Assembly (NCBI RefSeq): GCF_037042905.1
Contig: NC_087251.1
Location: forward strand, 1,116,001-1,180,000
Reading direction: 5' to 3'
DNA length: 64,000 bases
From: Lytechinus pictus
Lineage: Eukaryota
Shown here: positions 13,501 through 25,300 of the stretch, in pieces
How the letters are laid out: each line of letters opens with the position of its first letter
Numbering within the stretch: position 1 is the stretch's first letter
Position numbers and translations under genes: made by a program
Notes under the pieces: model-generated
Seen by the model: the letters and a program-made list of their open reading frames with translations, nothing else
What the model was told of the DNA's origin: nothing
Database searches by the model: none

Positions 13501-16500
13501 GAAAGATAGAAAGTAAAACATGATATTATTTTCTGAATATCATGTCAAAATCTATCACAAAATTTGATATTGTAATTAAACAAGTGGAACGCCTCTGGCA
13601 GTCTCGCCTGCATTACGTGATTTAATATAGTAGCAGTGCTAACTTTGAAAACTACTATAAAATAATCATTCACAAATACACCATTCATGTAACGACATAA
13701 TACCACGTTCATTGACCATAAATGACATTTGAACGGTGACTTCAGACTTGTCAACTACACCCATGTCCACATTTCATTCACTCTATCTATAAACTTTCAA
13801 AGTTATGATGGCAATTCAACAATTACCCCAACATGGCCTAAGTTTATTGACCTTAACTGACCTTTGACCTTGGTTTTGTGACCTGAAACTCGTACAGGAT
13901 GTTCAGTGATACTTGATTACTCTTTCTTATGTCCAAGTTTTATGAACTAGATCCGTAAATATTCAGAGTTAGGATGGTAATTTAACAAATACCCCCAAAG
14001 TTCATTGACCTTAAATGACCATTGACCATGGTCATGTGACCTGAAACTCGCACAGGATATTCAGTGGTACTTGATTAAACTAATGTACAAGTTTCATGAA
14101 CTAGATCCATAAATTTTCAAAGTTATGATGGTAATTCAACAAATACCCCCAACTTGGCCAAAGTTCATTGACCCTAAATTACCTTTGACCTTGGTCATGT
14201 GACCTGAAACTCAGGCAGGATGTTCACTAATACTTGATTAACCTTATGTCCAAGTTTCATGAACTAGATCCATAAATTGTCAAAGTTATGATAGTAATTC
14301 AACAAATACCCCCAACTTGACCAAAGTTCATTGACCCTAAATGACCTTTGACCTTGGTCACGTGACCTGAAACTCGAGCAGGATGTTCACTAATACTTGA
14401 TTAACCTTATGTCCAAGTTTCATGAACTAGGTCCATATACTTTCTAAGTTATGATGTCATTTCAAAAACTTAACCTTAGGTTAGGATTTGATGTTGACGC
14501 CGCCGCCGCCGTCGGAAAAGCGGCGCCTATAGTCTCGCTCTGCTATGCAGGCGAGACAAAAAGTGGAAATATTTGCGTGCTCACTTCGCTCGCTCACAAA
14601 TTTTTAATACATTTTACCCGATCTGCCCTATCTAGCTCCTTCAAAATTGATTCAATACACCATAGTCATTGAAATACATGAATCCCTTCCTGTGTTTCCT
14701 GTCAAGCAATTAAACTTGGTCAAGGAATTAATGACCCATTGAAAAATAGATTCATGTCTTTTAAAGGTACATAACATAATTTGTTTCACATAATAAAACG
14801 ATTTGAATAATCACAAGTTTTCCTAATTAATAATTCAAATCTTCTTGCTTGGGTTGACAAAAAAAATCTTCTTTTCTCAGTTACTTATGAATGAAAATTA
14901 AAAGGTAAGAGAAGTTTAAATGAAAAAACAAAATAATTCAATTAAATAAATAACTTTGTAAATGAAATTTGACAGCATAATTCGAAAATTGTGGCACAGA
15001 TAATGAAAAGGTCAAGAGGAATCTCCTGATTAGCAAGAAGTCTGATCATTTCATTACACATATTCTGCAATTCTGGCGCAAGCCTCTATTTGAACCCCCA
15101 ACAAGAACATCCCGTGTTCGCTCAAGCATGAATAAAATTTATTTTTTTAAATTGCATTTCAAAGAAGACCTTAGAGCATCTATTAACACCAAAATATAGG
15201 CATCATTATTTGATACAAAAATTTTATAGACTTCAAATCTGTCCGGTTTTTTTTGATACGCACTGTATGTTATGCTTATGCTCTATTTTTTTTTCTTATG
15301 TTTCTTTGTTTTTTATGATGATCCTTCAATGTCAAGACTTTATATCAATAAACTTAATTTGAAAAATTTGAATTTGTATAACTGTGTATTACAAGCTGTG
15401 TAAGTTTTTTGTTCAAAGGCTGCAGTAGAGGCGGGTCCAGGATATACCTGCATGAAGGGGGGAGGAGTAAAAAAAAAATGGACCCCCCTAAATTTTCTGT
15501 TGATAACCCTTTTTTTCCCCCTTGTCAACTTTTTTCCCTGGGTCCCCCCTAGATGTGCCCCCCCCCTAAAATTTTGGTTGATAACCCAATTTTTTTTTCA
15601 GGTGGACCCCCCCAAAAAATATTTTTTTTGGCTTGCCGCCACCAATAAAAAGGGAAGGGTACACGTGTAAAAGCAGCATTTTACATTAAATTTTTTTTTA
15701 TAATGGCTCTCAAGGGGGTGGGTAGGATGTGCCCCCCCCCCTTTGGATCCTCCACTGGTCCTGTACAGGGCACGCATTTAAATTGGGGGTGCCCGGGGGG
15801 GGGGGTGTAACTAACCTCTGGTGTCAAGGGGGCACAGCCAGCCCGTGCCCCCCCTTAAGGGCACAATTAAAATTTAAATGCTGTGAAAACTTAAGTGTGC
15901 CCCCCCCCCTTGAAAGTGAGGACTTTTTTTTTTGCTTGTCAGATTTTTTCGTAGAAGAAATGTACTTCATTTTTGGTTGAAAACATTTTATTTTTTTTTG
16001 CTTTTTCCTATTGAAAATGTGCCCCCCAACCCTTGGAAAATCCTAGATCCACCCCTGGTGTCAATACTAATTACTATGTATGAAAAGAGATATACCCCTT
16101 CCATCCCTGATGTAACCCATTTGCTGTCTATCTTTCTTTCTCTTTCTTCCTTTCTTTCTTTATTGCATACACAGCGTAACGATTCCAGCAAACTCTGTGG
16201 CTCGCCAGCTCATGCAATCATTTTTATTCTCTTTAATAGTTTCCTTATTTCAGGACCAATTTTCTTTGTTCAAAATTGAAAACCAATTAACATTGGATTT
16301 CTTAAAAATACAATATGCCTTTGAAACGGTGACAGATAATAGAATGTCTTAAAGTTAAAGTCATGTAAGGAACATTATCAAATGAAAGATTTTGTGAAAT
16401 AAAAAGAAATTCATGTTAAATCTTATTTCAAATCGTTAGGTGCGCAGACTTGGGGACCACCATCATGATTAAATTTAGATTTTTTAATATCTAACGTTAG

Positions 16501-19114
16501 TACCGGTATTACTTTTTCTGAAAAAAAAAATCATGCCTCATGCCTCATCTGCTCATGGCATTTCTAAAAATGAATGAAGCTATTTTAACGTTAGGGTCAG
16601 GGTTGTAATAAAAAACGTTTTTTATTAAAAAAAACAAATAAAACGCTTTTTAATGTTTTAAAACGTTTTTTTCCCAACGAACGATGTAATTTTCTGTAAA
16701 TCAATTAAATTGTACATTTAATACAGTATGATTTAAGCTCTAGATGTTTTAAATACATTTTTGGAGTATTAGTAAGAGATGACTACAATTTTTTTTACTG
16801 AATTTCCAACAGAAAAGAATTTTCCCCCAAATAACAAAATCAAGGAAATTGAATGCCGAAAAAGTAAGTTGACATTTTATAAGTTTATTCCTCATACATA
16901 TGATGTAGTCTCAGGGTTTTTTGAGTCTTGTCAATCTAGGGGGTGAGAAGAATTTGCACAATGTAAGAAAATGACATAATCTATAGACTATAGGCTTTCA
17001 ATGCTTAATTTCATTTACTCAATATGCTTTATTTCATTTGAATCAATTATACAAATTTTAAGTAATAATAATGATAAAAGTCCGCTTTTATATCGCGCTT
17101 AATACATTGGAACGACATGTCTAAGCGCTTTAAAGATTTATTATTACCACAATCATCGGATTCAATCAGTCATTCCCGCACACAATGTATGCACATCCTC
17201 CACTCCCTGGGTAGTATTCAAGTCAGTCGCCAGTGAGGCGCACACAGTACTGGACAAGCTACAATGACTTTTACATTCTACCGGGTACCCATAAGTGCAA
17301 AATTGGGTTTAAATCTATAAATATTAGGCCCTTGAACTGCTTATTTCTTTAATTGAGGAATTCTGATCAAATTGTTTTTTTAATGTTTGTTTTAACTGTT
17401 TTTTTTACATATTTCTTATCTACAGTTTTGCGGTTACTTTTGTGTTTTTTTAATCGGTTTTTTAATGGAAATTATTGGCAATAATTTTCCAATCATTAAC
17501 AAAAAGTACAAATATTGATACAGATAAAAATGTTGGCGAAAAATTTGCATTGGCTTTATACATGAAATCACGATATTGAGCAATTCTGGTCTGTCATGCA
17601 CTTGTAATATCATTGAGCTATTAATGTGTTGATAGCTCCATGGTAATATCATAACCACATATCCATGCATGTATCCAAAAAATAGTCTTGAACAATATGG
17701 CATGGCCCTGTTGTGCTTATGGATTTATCATAGAAATTTTTAAGGGGGCCATTACGGTCCCCTGGGAGTGTTAGGGTTAAAGGTCAAGTCCACCCCAGAA
17801 AAATGTTTGATTTGAATCAGTAGAAAAAATTCAAACAAGCATAATGCTGAAAATTTCATCAAAATCGGATGTAAAATAAGAAAGTTATAACATTTTAAAA
17901 TTTCGCTTATTTTCACAAAACATTTATTACAACTCAGTGATGTGCAAATAAGAGAGTTGATAATGCCCCTCACTATTTTTTGTTAAAATTGTTTGAACAA
18001 TACAATATTTCAATTTTTACAGATTTGATAATAATGACCAACTTGACTGAACCAAAAAATGTTAAAACAATGGTAGTTCCACACATGTTCAGGGAGGAAA
18101 AAAAGGTTTGCTAGCTGATTATCTTATACTGAACTAAATTACTTTTCTTCATCTTTACGAAGCGCAAAGTTTCACCTAATTTCGTGTGTACCTCAAGGTT
18201 ACAATGTCAGTTATACAGTCTATTTGCAAAATATTATTATGTTTGTGCAACACTTCCATTTCATTCAAGTACTACTATTACATATTTGAGCTCATTTTAA
18301 ATAGTGTTTCTTTCCCTGTCTAAAAGTGAGCACAACACTCAGATGTTTGTTAAAATGAGAATATTCTTAAATATGGATTGATGTGCACAATTGAACAGGA
18401 GGAAAGGAACATGACAAAGCAATGGAGAAAGGGAGAATAAGGGGGGAAAGAGAGAGGAGAAAAAGAGTGGTGTTGAGAAAGAGATTTAGTTAGAAGAAAA
18501 TAATAAACCAATTAAGAAATAAAAGTATAAAAAATAAATTCATGTAAAATCACATCCATGCATATTTATAACACACAAGTCTATGAGGTGTTTTAAAACA
18601 TGTTTTAAAACACACCGTTTAAAACGCGCCAACCCTGGTTAGGGATATTCATATTACGGTAGCGTGATTAGGTGAAATTGACTTCACATCCTTCGGTAAG
18701 TTTCGTAGAAGCCAGAAGGACTAGATTTTATTAAAGCTAACGTTGTTAAAAATTATCTTAAATTCGCGCGAAGTGTTGCGTGCGCCGGGCCTTACATTTT
18801 CCTGTGCACGGCGGCATATTATGCACCCATGGGCGATCTACCCCGCGCGCTTCGGCGGCGGAACTCCGACGTGTCGTGAGCTGACTAACGGCCCGGAAGG
18901 AAAGTGTCCTCTGCATTCTGCTCGAAAAGAGGTAGACATACATACGTACCTCCTTAAATCTTTGCTTTAATCCTTCCCTAAATTCCTCATTGTACTTTGT
19001 TTTGTCTATATGCTGGTTAACTGACGACAAAAGTGTTGTGATTGCTGTTGAAACTGCCTGTTTACTGCAGCAGCTTATCTTCTGCGAAGCCTTGACAGCA
19101 TCTTCAGAATCCAT
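1511..19114 (-). CDS. NSL1: Kinetochore-associated protein NSL1 homolog (MIS12 complex); exons 1-5, last exon outside window
   Basis: Exons (minus): 19114-18950 MDSEDAVKASQKISCCSKQAV...QRFKE; 8444-8360 IYENTVHDNITVDGQTWSQS...; 5382-5225 DYEAVD...ELDELMVKTTAKRRTHPAKVSHEV...; 2481-2421 EKYKPVIQPVQIKDKELPKQ; 1572-1511 VLDEESKRLQEAGCDISAISR. All introns are GT-AG and phases 0,1,0,1,0 join in frame. Motifs match recalled vertebrate NSL1 (RVRCTSKRAV; ENISINGQAW; FDEIIVDIATKRKQYPRKI; YHPVVHP). Confidence 0.88.
2170..2398 (+). mobile_element. LINE (L2/CR1-like) 3' UTR remnant
   Basis: Stem-loop-like cagggccctgg...aggctaccctggg followed by an AAAT-type tail. The 5' boundary is approximate. Confidence 0.4.
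2602..4034. mobile_element. Kolobok-type MITE with nested insertions
   Basis: Termini AGGGGAGTTCACC / GGTGAACTTGCCCT flanked by TTAA-like sites. Interrupted at about 2658-3613 by a hairpin-bearing element that itself holds a SINE 3' fragment (about 2797-2890). Confidence 0.65.
6370..7793. mobile_element. Non-autonomous hAT-type DNA transposon
   Basis: TIR CAGGGTTGCCA / TGGCAACCCTG, perfect 8-bp TSD TCACAGAT (6362-6369, 7794-7801), many subterminal TTGGCCGT repeats at both ends. Confidence 0.88.
9404..9692 (-). mobile_element. tRNA-derived SINE
   Basis: Minus-strand head GGAGCGTTGTGGCCCAGTGG (A box) ... GGTTCGAATCC (B box), core-like body and (ATT)n tail. Related 3' ends occur at about 2800, 17070 and 22700. 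Confidence 0.75.
10915..11508. mobile_element. Kolobok-type MITE
   Basis: Termini AGGACAAGTCCACCCC / GGGGTGTACTTGACCT followed by TTAA; long imperfect inverted arms; same family as 17781-18105. Confidence 0.75.
12942..15265. mobile_element. Tc1/mariner-type non-autonomous element with about 250-bp TIRs, carrying a nested HINE
   Basis: TA|CAGTGCGTAT...ATACGCACTG|TA. Left arm (about 12942-13200) is the reverse complement of the right arm (about 15020-15265). Confidence 0.85.
13579..14560 (-). mobile_element. Helentron-associated (HINE/DINE-1/Tsp-like) element, copy A
   Basis: Subterminal inverted repeat GTCTCGCCTGCA / TGCAGGCGAGAC, (GCC)n microsatellite, central ~120-bp tandem repeats (GACCTTTGACCTTGGTCATGTGACC), T/A-run termini without a TSD. 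Confidence 0.8.
16598..18637. mobile_element. hAT-type element with nested SINE fragment and Kolobok MITE fragment
   Basis: TIR tips CAGGGTTG / CAACCCTG; 8-bp TSD GTTAGGGT vs GTTAGGGA (7/8); AAAACG subterminal repeats. Nested SINE 3' part at about 17062-17291 and Kolobok fragment at 17781-18105. Confidence 0.65.
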
Positions 19115-19367
19115 TTTCAATCTTTGCGCGCGATCACTGCTTATATTTCACTTACCGGTATACTATAGTAATAGATTTTGAAGTTAAAATTTGAAATAAT
19201 TCAAAATTAAATTTTTTTAATTTACTTTTAAATTTGAAAATATACCAAAAAAATTTAACTATCCTAAAATTTACATAATATTACAAAATTCGAAAGCTAT
19301 AATTTTCTTATATTGATAGAGGCTCTTGTAAAAAACGGTGAATCCCCAGGCCAGTAGATGATAAACG
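19115..19367. promoter_or_regulatory. Putative bidirectional promoter between NSL1 and TATDN3
   Basis: Only 253 bp separate the two divergent ATGs (19114 minus, 19368 plus), with an AT-rich core. Inferred from geometry only. Confidence 0.7.
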
Positions 19368-22300
19368 ATGGATGCTGGTCGTGGAACATTTATTGACTGC
19401 CATTGTCATTTAGCTGCAAATGATTTCAAAGAGGTAAATAGACAGCCTTATATGATATAAATTTTTGTCAGTCCAATACCTATCTGGTCATGATGTTTGA
19501 CAATGTGAAAACTTTATGTAAAATCTAACTTTGTCTTTGTTGTGACTTGTGTGGAACATATAATTAAATTTGTTTGTCTGGATGACAGACATGACTGAAG
19601 TTCAACTTCAAATTCAGAATCAAACTCAAAGTAAAAAGGCGGTTTTTTATCAGGAGGGCGGAGCTTAAGTCTAGCCAAGAGGGCTCTGTACTAATTGCCA
19701 TCACTGATCCAAGGCCCAAGACACTGTAAGTAGAGCCATATGTTGAAAAATACATGTGGATTTCCATAGAATTAGAAAATCCATATTACTCGTCTTAAGC
19801 ATAATTATTGTGAATCCGAGATATTGATGTTGATAATGAACTTAACTATCATGCACATGTAGCTCAAGCAGTAAATCGAGCTAACCAGATGCTGGGACTC
19901 ATAAAGAGAACATTTACATACCTATCTAGAGAAACGTTACCTGTCCTGTTTAAGTCACTAGTTCGTCCTCTACTTGAATACTGCAATGTTATATGGTATC
20001 CAAGATTCAAATTGGATGCCATCAAGATAGAGAAGATCCAGAGAAGAGCCACCAAGCTAGTGCCTGAACTGAAGCATCTAACTTATGAAACAAGACTGAA
20101 GGAACTCAACATGTTCTCTCTACATTACAGAAGAATCAGAGGTGATATGATTGAAGTTTATAGAATTATGAATGGACTGGTAGACTTTGATCCAGATCTC
20201 TTCTTCACACCCATAAGCCAAAGTATCACTCGAGGTCATCACATGAAGCTGTACAAATATAGAAGCAACTCATCGCTAAGGAAAAACAGCTTTAGTCAGA
20301 GAGTGATTGACTCCTGGAACAGTCTTCCTTCTTCTGTAATCTCGGCATCCACTTTAAACATTTTCAAAACTAGACTGGACAAACACTGGTCCTCCATGCA
20401 CCAAATTCTCCCATAAATATCCGCCCTCCACACACGTTTAGTTGTTTTAAAGTCCAGTTTAAGAAACTTCGAAGGAATGATCGGAAGCACTACAGGACTA
20501 CCTACTTCTTCCGTACAACGATGATGATGATGATGATGATAAGGTTTGTAAATTGTAATCCATGCATATAGGATTCAAAATTTGACTAAAACAAAGTTCA
20601 CAAATAAACAGGTTTCTTTCCAGATTGATAACCTGCTTGTAGATCAAAAGCTTCGGACTCTGTTTTATTGGTTGTTCCACTGAACTCTGTTGGATCCACT
20701 CACCAATTACAGAGACCGAAGTTCTAACTCAATTTGTACAGGGACTCAATTGCCATATGTTTATGTATTAAGTTCGGCTAAACCAGGGAAGTAAAGTTGC
20801 GCGACAGCCGAAGTAAGTCACTGTTTTTTGTACTTTTTTCCTTTTAAATTCATTTTTTCCCGTTTTGGTGCATTTCAGGCCAAAACGGAATAATAATCTT
20901 TATTTTGGTCCAGTTCTTTTCATATATTTTTATGAAATAAAGACAAAAATTGATGAGCCCTGTCGGGGGATCTTGCATTTTTAACCCCCTAATGGCAGCT
21001 GCACGATCGCGAGCCATCTGTGTACAAGGAGAAAAAATGTTTAAAAACTCCTCGAAGCAGACGGCTGCCAGCTGTCTAACCTGCTTGCATCTCCAGTTCT
21101 CCAGACCACAATTTACCCACGCTTTCAATAAGATGATCTCTGACTCGTTTCAAGAGAGAAAGTACATTAGTATTAAATTTCCATATACTGTTTCTATATT
21201 TTGCATGTTTCCCATATCCTTTGTTTGTTTCTTTGCATTTTTAGGATCTTGCTGAAGTGATTTCCAGAGCCACAAATGTAAGTTAAGTACAAATTCAACA
21301 ATGACTATTGAATTTTTCCCATAAAAAAATCTTTGATATTTTCAAACTATTCAAACTTAAACTTGAATCTTAGATGGCACCAACTTGGTAGCACGTCGCT
21401 GAACTTTTTTGATGGCTTTCAGGTCACAGACATACCTTGGGTGCCAAATAGCATTTCCATAGTCAAGAATAGGTCTCACCATGGACCTCCTACTAGGTCC
21501 ATGGTCTCACCAATGCTTTGTACAATTTAAGAATGGTATCTTTATCTCTATAAATGGAAGTATGCCAGATCAGAAAAAGTACACGGTTGGCTTTCAGTAC
21601 GGCACTGAATTTATAAATGAGATCAAAGTTTCATTTTCTTTCTTTTAATACCCCTTTTCCACTAGGGCCAGGACAGCGTCAGGACAAGGCGCGGAATGTA
21701 ATAATTGCAATTCGCGACCCTTCCGCACCCTGTCCGGACATTCCTGGGAGTGTCCGCACGCTGTCCTAAACCCTTCCTGGTGTTCGGGAAATCAAAATTT
21801 GTCCGCATCCAAATTTTGGTCTCGACCAAAATTTGGACGCGGATATTGAATTCCTGACACCTTCGGGACCTTGTCCTAACGATGTCCTGATGATGTCTCG
21901 CCCTTCATAAACCCTTCCGCGTCTTCCGGAAACCATCCGCGCTCAGGTCAGCTTCAGGTAGCAAAGAAGAAGTCATGCGGAATGTTTCAGGAACGTGCGG
22001 ACGGGAATAAGAAGGCAAGCGGACAGTTCCAGGAACGTTCAGACTGGTCAGGAATAGGAAGGCAAGCGGAGTGATTCAGGAATGTGTGGATCCAATGCTA
22101 ATATGTATGGAACGAGTTCACAAGTAGCAAAAGCCATTTGTGGTCAGTGCGCTAGATGGGGCAACGTGATAATACAAGACAAGAAAATTACAAAAAGTAA
22201 CAAAGTACGGGGTCAAGTGGCCTCATTAGTATATCACTAAACAAACCTGAGAACTTAAAATTTCAAGCAGTGTTTTAAACATATTGCGCGAAGCACGAGC

Positions 22301-25300
22301 TGATATTTTTTATTTTTATTTTATTATTTTTTTTGGGGGGGGGTTACACTCTTGAAGGAGAAATATTTCAAGCATTTTCTACTGAGTCGAAAAGTGGACT
22401 TTTCAAATATTTCTTGCAATAGTTAAGCTGGCAATGATGCGAGTAGATTATTTTGTTCTGTACTGAACATAAAAAGACGTTTCATGCAACATTTTATTAT
22501 GAACTAGATTATTTTAATGTACTCGACTGAAAAAAGACCATATAGGTAGCGCTCAACTTTATGAATAGGACAAATATCATAACAAAATTAATAATACAGG
22601 TATAGATTTCAAACTTAAATTCAAGTTTATATTCATATTGCATTTTAAGCACTTTGTTCGGTCGTGAATGAGATGTCATTAATAACAAATAAAAATAATA
22701 AATGATAGCAAGTTTATAAATATCGCTTTTTTCAGAATGGCTCAAAACGATTTACAGCATTTTATTACCCCAGTACTCATTTCTATCCCGCATGAAATTT
22801 GCACAATTTCCACACCCTGGGAAGCATTTCTGCATTCATCGCAGCCTCAAAATTGTGCTGGCAAATTCAAGCATGCAATAAATTTCGCATCTAACCGGGT
22901 ACCCATTTTGCACCTGGGTCGAGAGTGGCAAGGTGTGCAATATGTCTTGCCAAAGGACGGTATATAGACCGCGGTGGGAATCGAACACACGACACTCCGT
23001 TTACAAGGCGGGAGTCAGAACCACTACACCACGACTCTTTAAAAAATAGGCCTTCCTGAAAAAAGTCGTGCACAGAACATGTTTCTCATAAACCTAAAAT
23101 ATGAGCGCGAAGCGCGAACTTACTTCTATCAAACATCAAGTACGAAAAAGAAAAAACCTAATTATTTTTCATAAAAATGAACAGCGTGCACAATCTTCTT
23201 AATTGAACTATTGAAAGTAAGAAGAGCGAAATGAACCATTATATTTTTTTTTTACAAATTGACCTAGCTGAAACGCTGATATTCTCCCCGCCTGTCAATT
23301 TCTTCACTCTTTTTCCTCTTAATACCCCTCTTCTTTGGTTATTCCATTTTTCCTTTTTTTACACAGCCAATTGGGCGTAGCGATCGCATTCGGCCTCCTG
23401 GAATTGCCCATTTACATTTTCTTTCCTAGCCTATTTTAATTGGTACAAGAGGAGGCAAAGGCAATTAGACACTGAATTCGCAATTTCGTCCAAAAATTAA
23501 AATTGATATGTCTAATCTTACACATTCATTATCTCGGCCAATTATTTTCTGTTCATTATCACGATTTTTTTTCCTAATTGATTATATTTCACCTCATTTA
23601 ATTCATCTCCTTTGTTTATTCCTATTTATTTTGTGCTGTTTGTATATCTCTCTAATACTGGGAGGGCTAAGCCAGCAGCAGGGAGAGGTGGGCCGTATCA
23701 GCACGGCATCCCCGCCTTTGTTTTTCTTTTCCACCATATCATTTTTGTCTCACCTGCATAGCAGAGTGAGACTATAGGCGCCGCTTTTCCGACGGCGGCG
23801 GCGGCGGCGGCGGCGACGGCGGCGGCGGCGGCGGCGTCAACACCAAATCTTAACCTGAGGTTAAGTTTTTGAAATGACAGCATAACTTAGAAAGTATATG
23901 GACTTAGTTCATGAAACTTGGCCATAAGGTTAATCAAGTATTACTGAACATCCTGCCTGAGTTTCATGTCACATGACCAAGGTCAAAGGTCATTTAGGGT
24001 CAATGAACTTAGACCATGTTGGGGGAATCAACATCAAAATCTTAACCTAAGGTTAAGTTTTTGAAATGTCATCATAACTTAGAAAATATATGGACCTAGT
24101 TCATGAAACTTATACATAAGGTTAATCAAGTATCACTGAACATCCTGCATGAGTTTCACGTCACATGACCAAGGTCAAAGGTCATTTAGGGTCAATGAAC
24201 TTTGGCCGAATAGGGGGTATCTGTTGAATTACCATCATAACTTTGAAAGTTTATGGATCTGATTCATGAAACTTGGACATAATAGTAATCAAGTATTACT
24301 GAACATCCTGTGCAAGTTTCAGGTCACATGATCAAGGTCAAAGGTCATTTAGGGTCAATGAACTTTGGCCAAATTGGGGTATTTGTTGAATTATAGCCAT
24401 AAATTTGAAAGTGTGTTGGTCTAGTTCATAAAACTTGGACATAATAGTAATCAAGTATCACTGAACATCCTGTGCGAGTTTCAGGTCACATGATCAAGGT
24501 CAAAGGTCATGTAAGGTCAAAGAACTTTGGCCACGTTGGGGGTATTTGTTGAATTGCCATCATATCTCTATAAGTGTATTGGTCTAGTTCATAAAACGTG
24601 GAAATAAGAGTAACCAAGTATCACTGAACATCTTGTGCGAGTTATAGTAGTTTTCAAAATCAGCACTGCTGCTATATTGAATCGCGTGATGCAGGTGAGA
24701 CGGCCAGAGGCATTCCACTTGTTTAAGTTTCCCTTTCCTTTTCACTTATTTTTCTTCTGTATGTATTTTTTAAAGAGGGAAGCAAGACCACCTCGCCCCT
24801 TGATCCGCATGTGCCTGTCAAATGCAATTTGCATCCTAACTTCCTCTTTTGTAATATATACATATAAATTTGTGGAAAAATGATTAGAAAGTAATGTTAT
24901 AAAGAGAGCCCCGATTTTGCTATGAACATATTAAGGTCAGAAAACTGGACATTTTGTAATCATGAATAGGATGCATGGGTTGATATATTTTTAACCAAAA
25001 TAACGCGAGCGCAAATTGCTCCATTTCCATCTTAATTTAATTTCTATTGAAAAATAGTATACATATTTAAAACCTACAATGTGTTGCCCAAATTGTCTAA
25101 GTGTTTTTTCACAACATATGATTCATTAATTTTGTTTGCAACGGATACAAATATTCATGTTTATATATGGTATACAATTTGTTTTTGTTTGATGGAAGTG
25201 AAATAAATAAATTTGAATTTGAATTTGAATTTGAATTGCGAGCCGAAAATGTTGATAAACTGTCATGAAACAGGAATTTAAAATAATTTGTTACAATTTA

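Noticed and set aside
11704..16458. CCCCAAGTCTGCGCAC / GTGCGCAGACTTGGGG inverted pair as one 4.7-kb element
   Set aside because: No TSD found and a nearer partner exists at about 11905-11921, so the pairing is ambiguous.
22965..23038. tRNA gene-like sequences here and at about 9630-9692
   Set aside because: They have A and B boxes but no proper cloverleaf, and are followed by SINE body and tail.
23698..23883. Poly-Ala ORFs here and at 14451-14672
   Set aside because: Translations of the HINE (GGC)n microsatellite.
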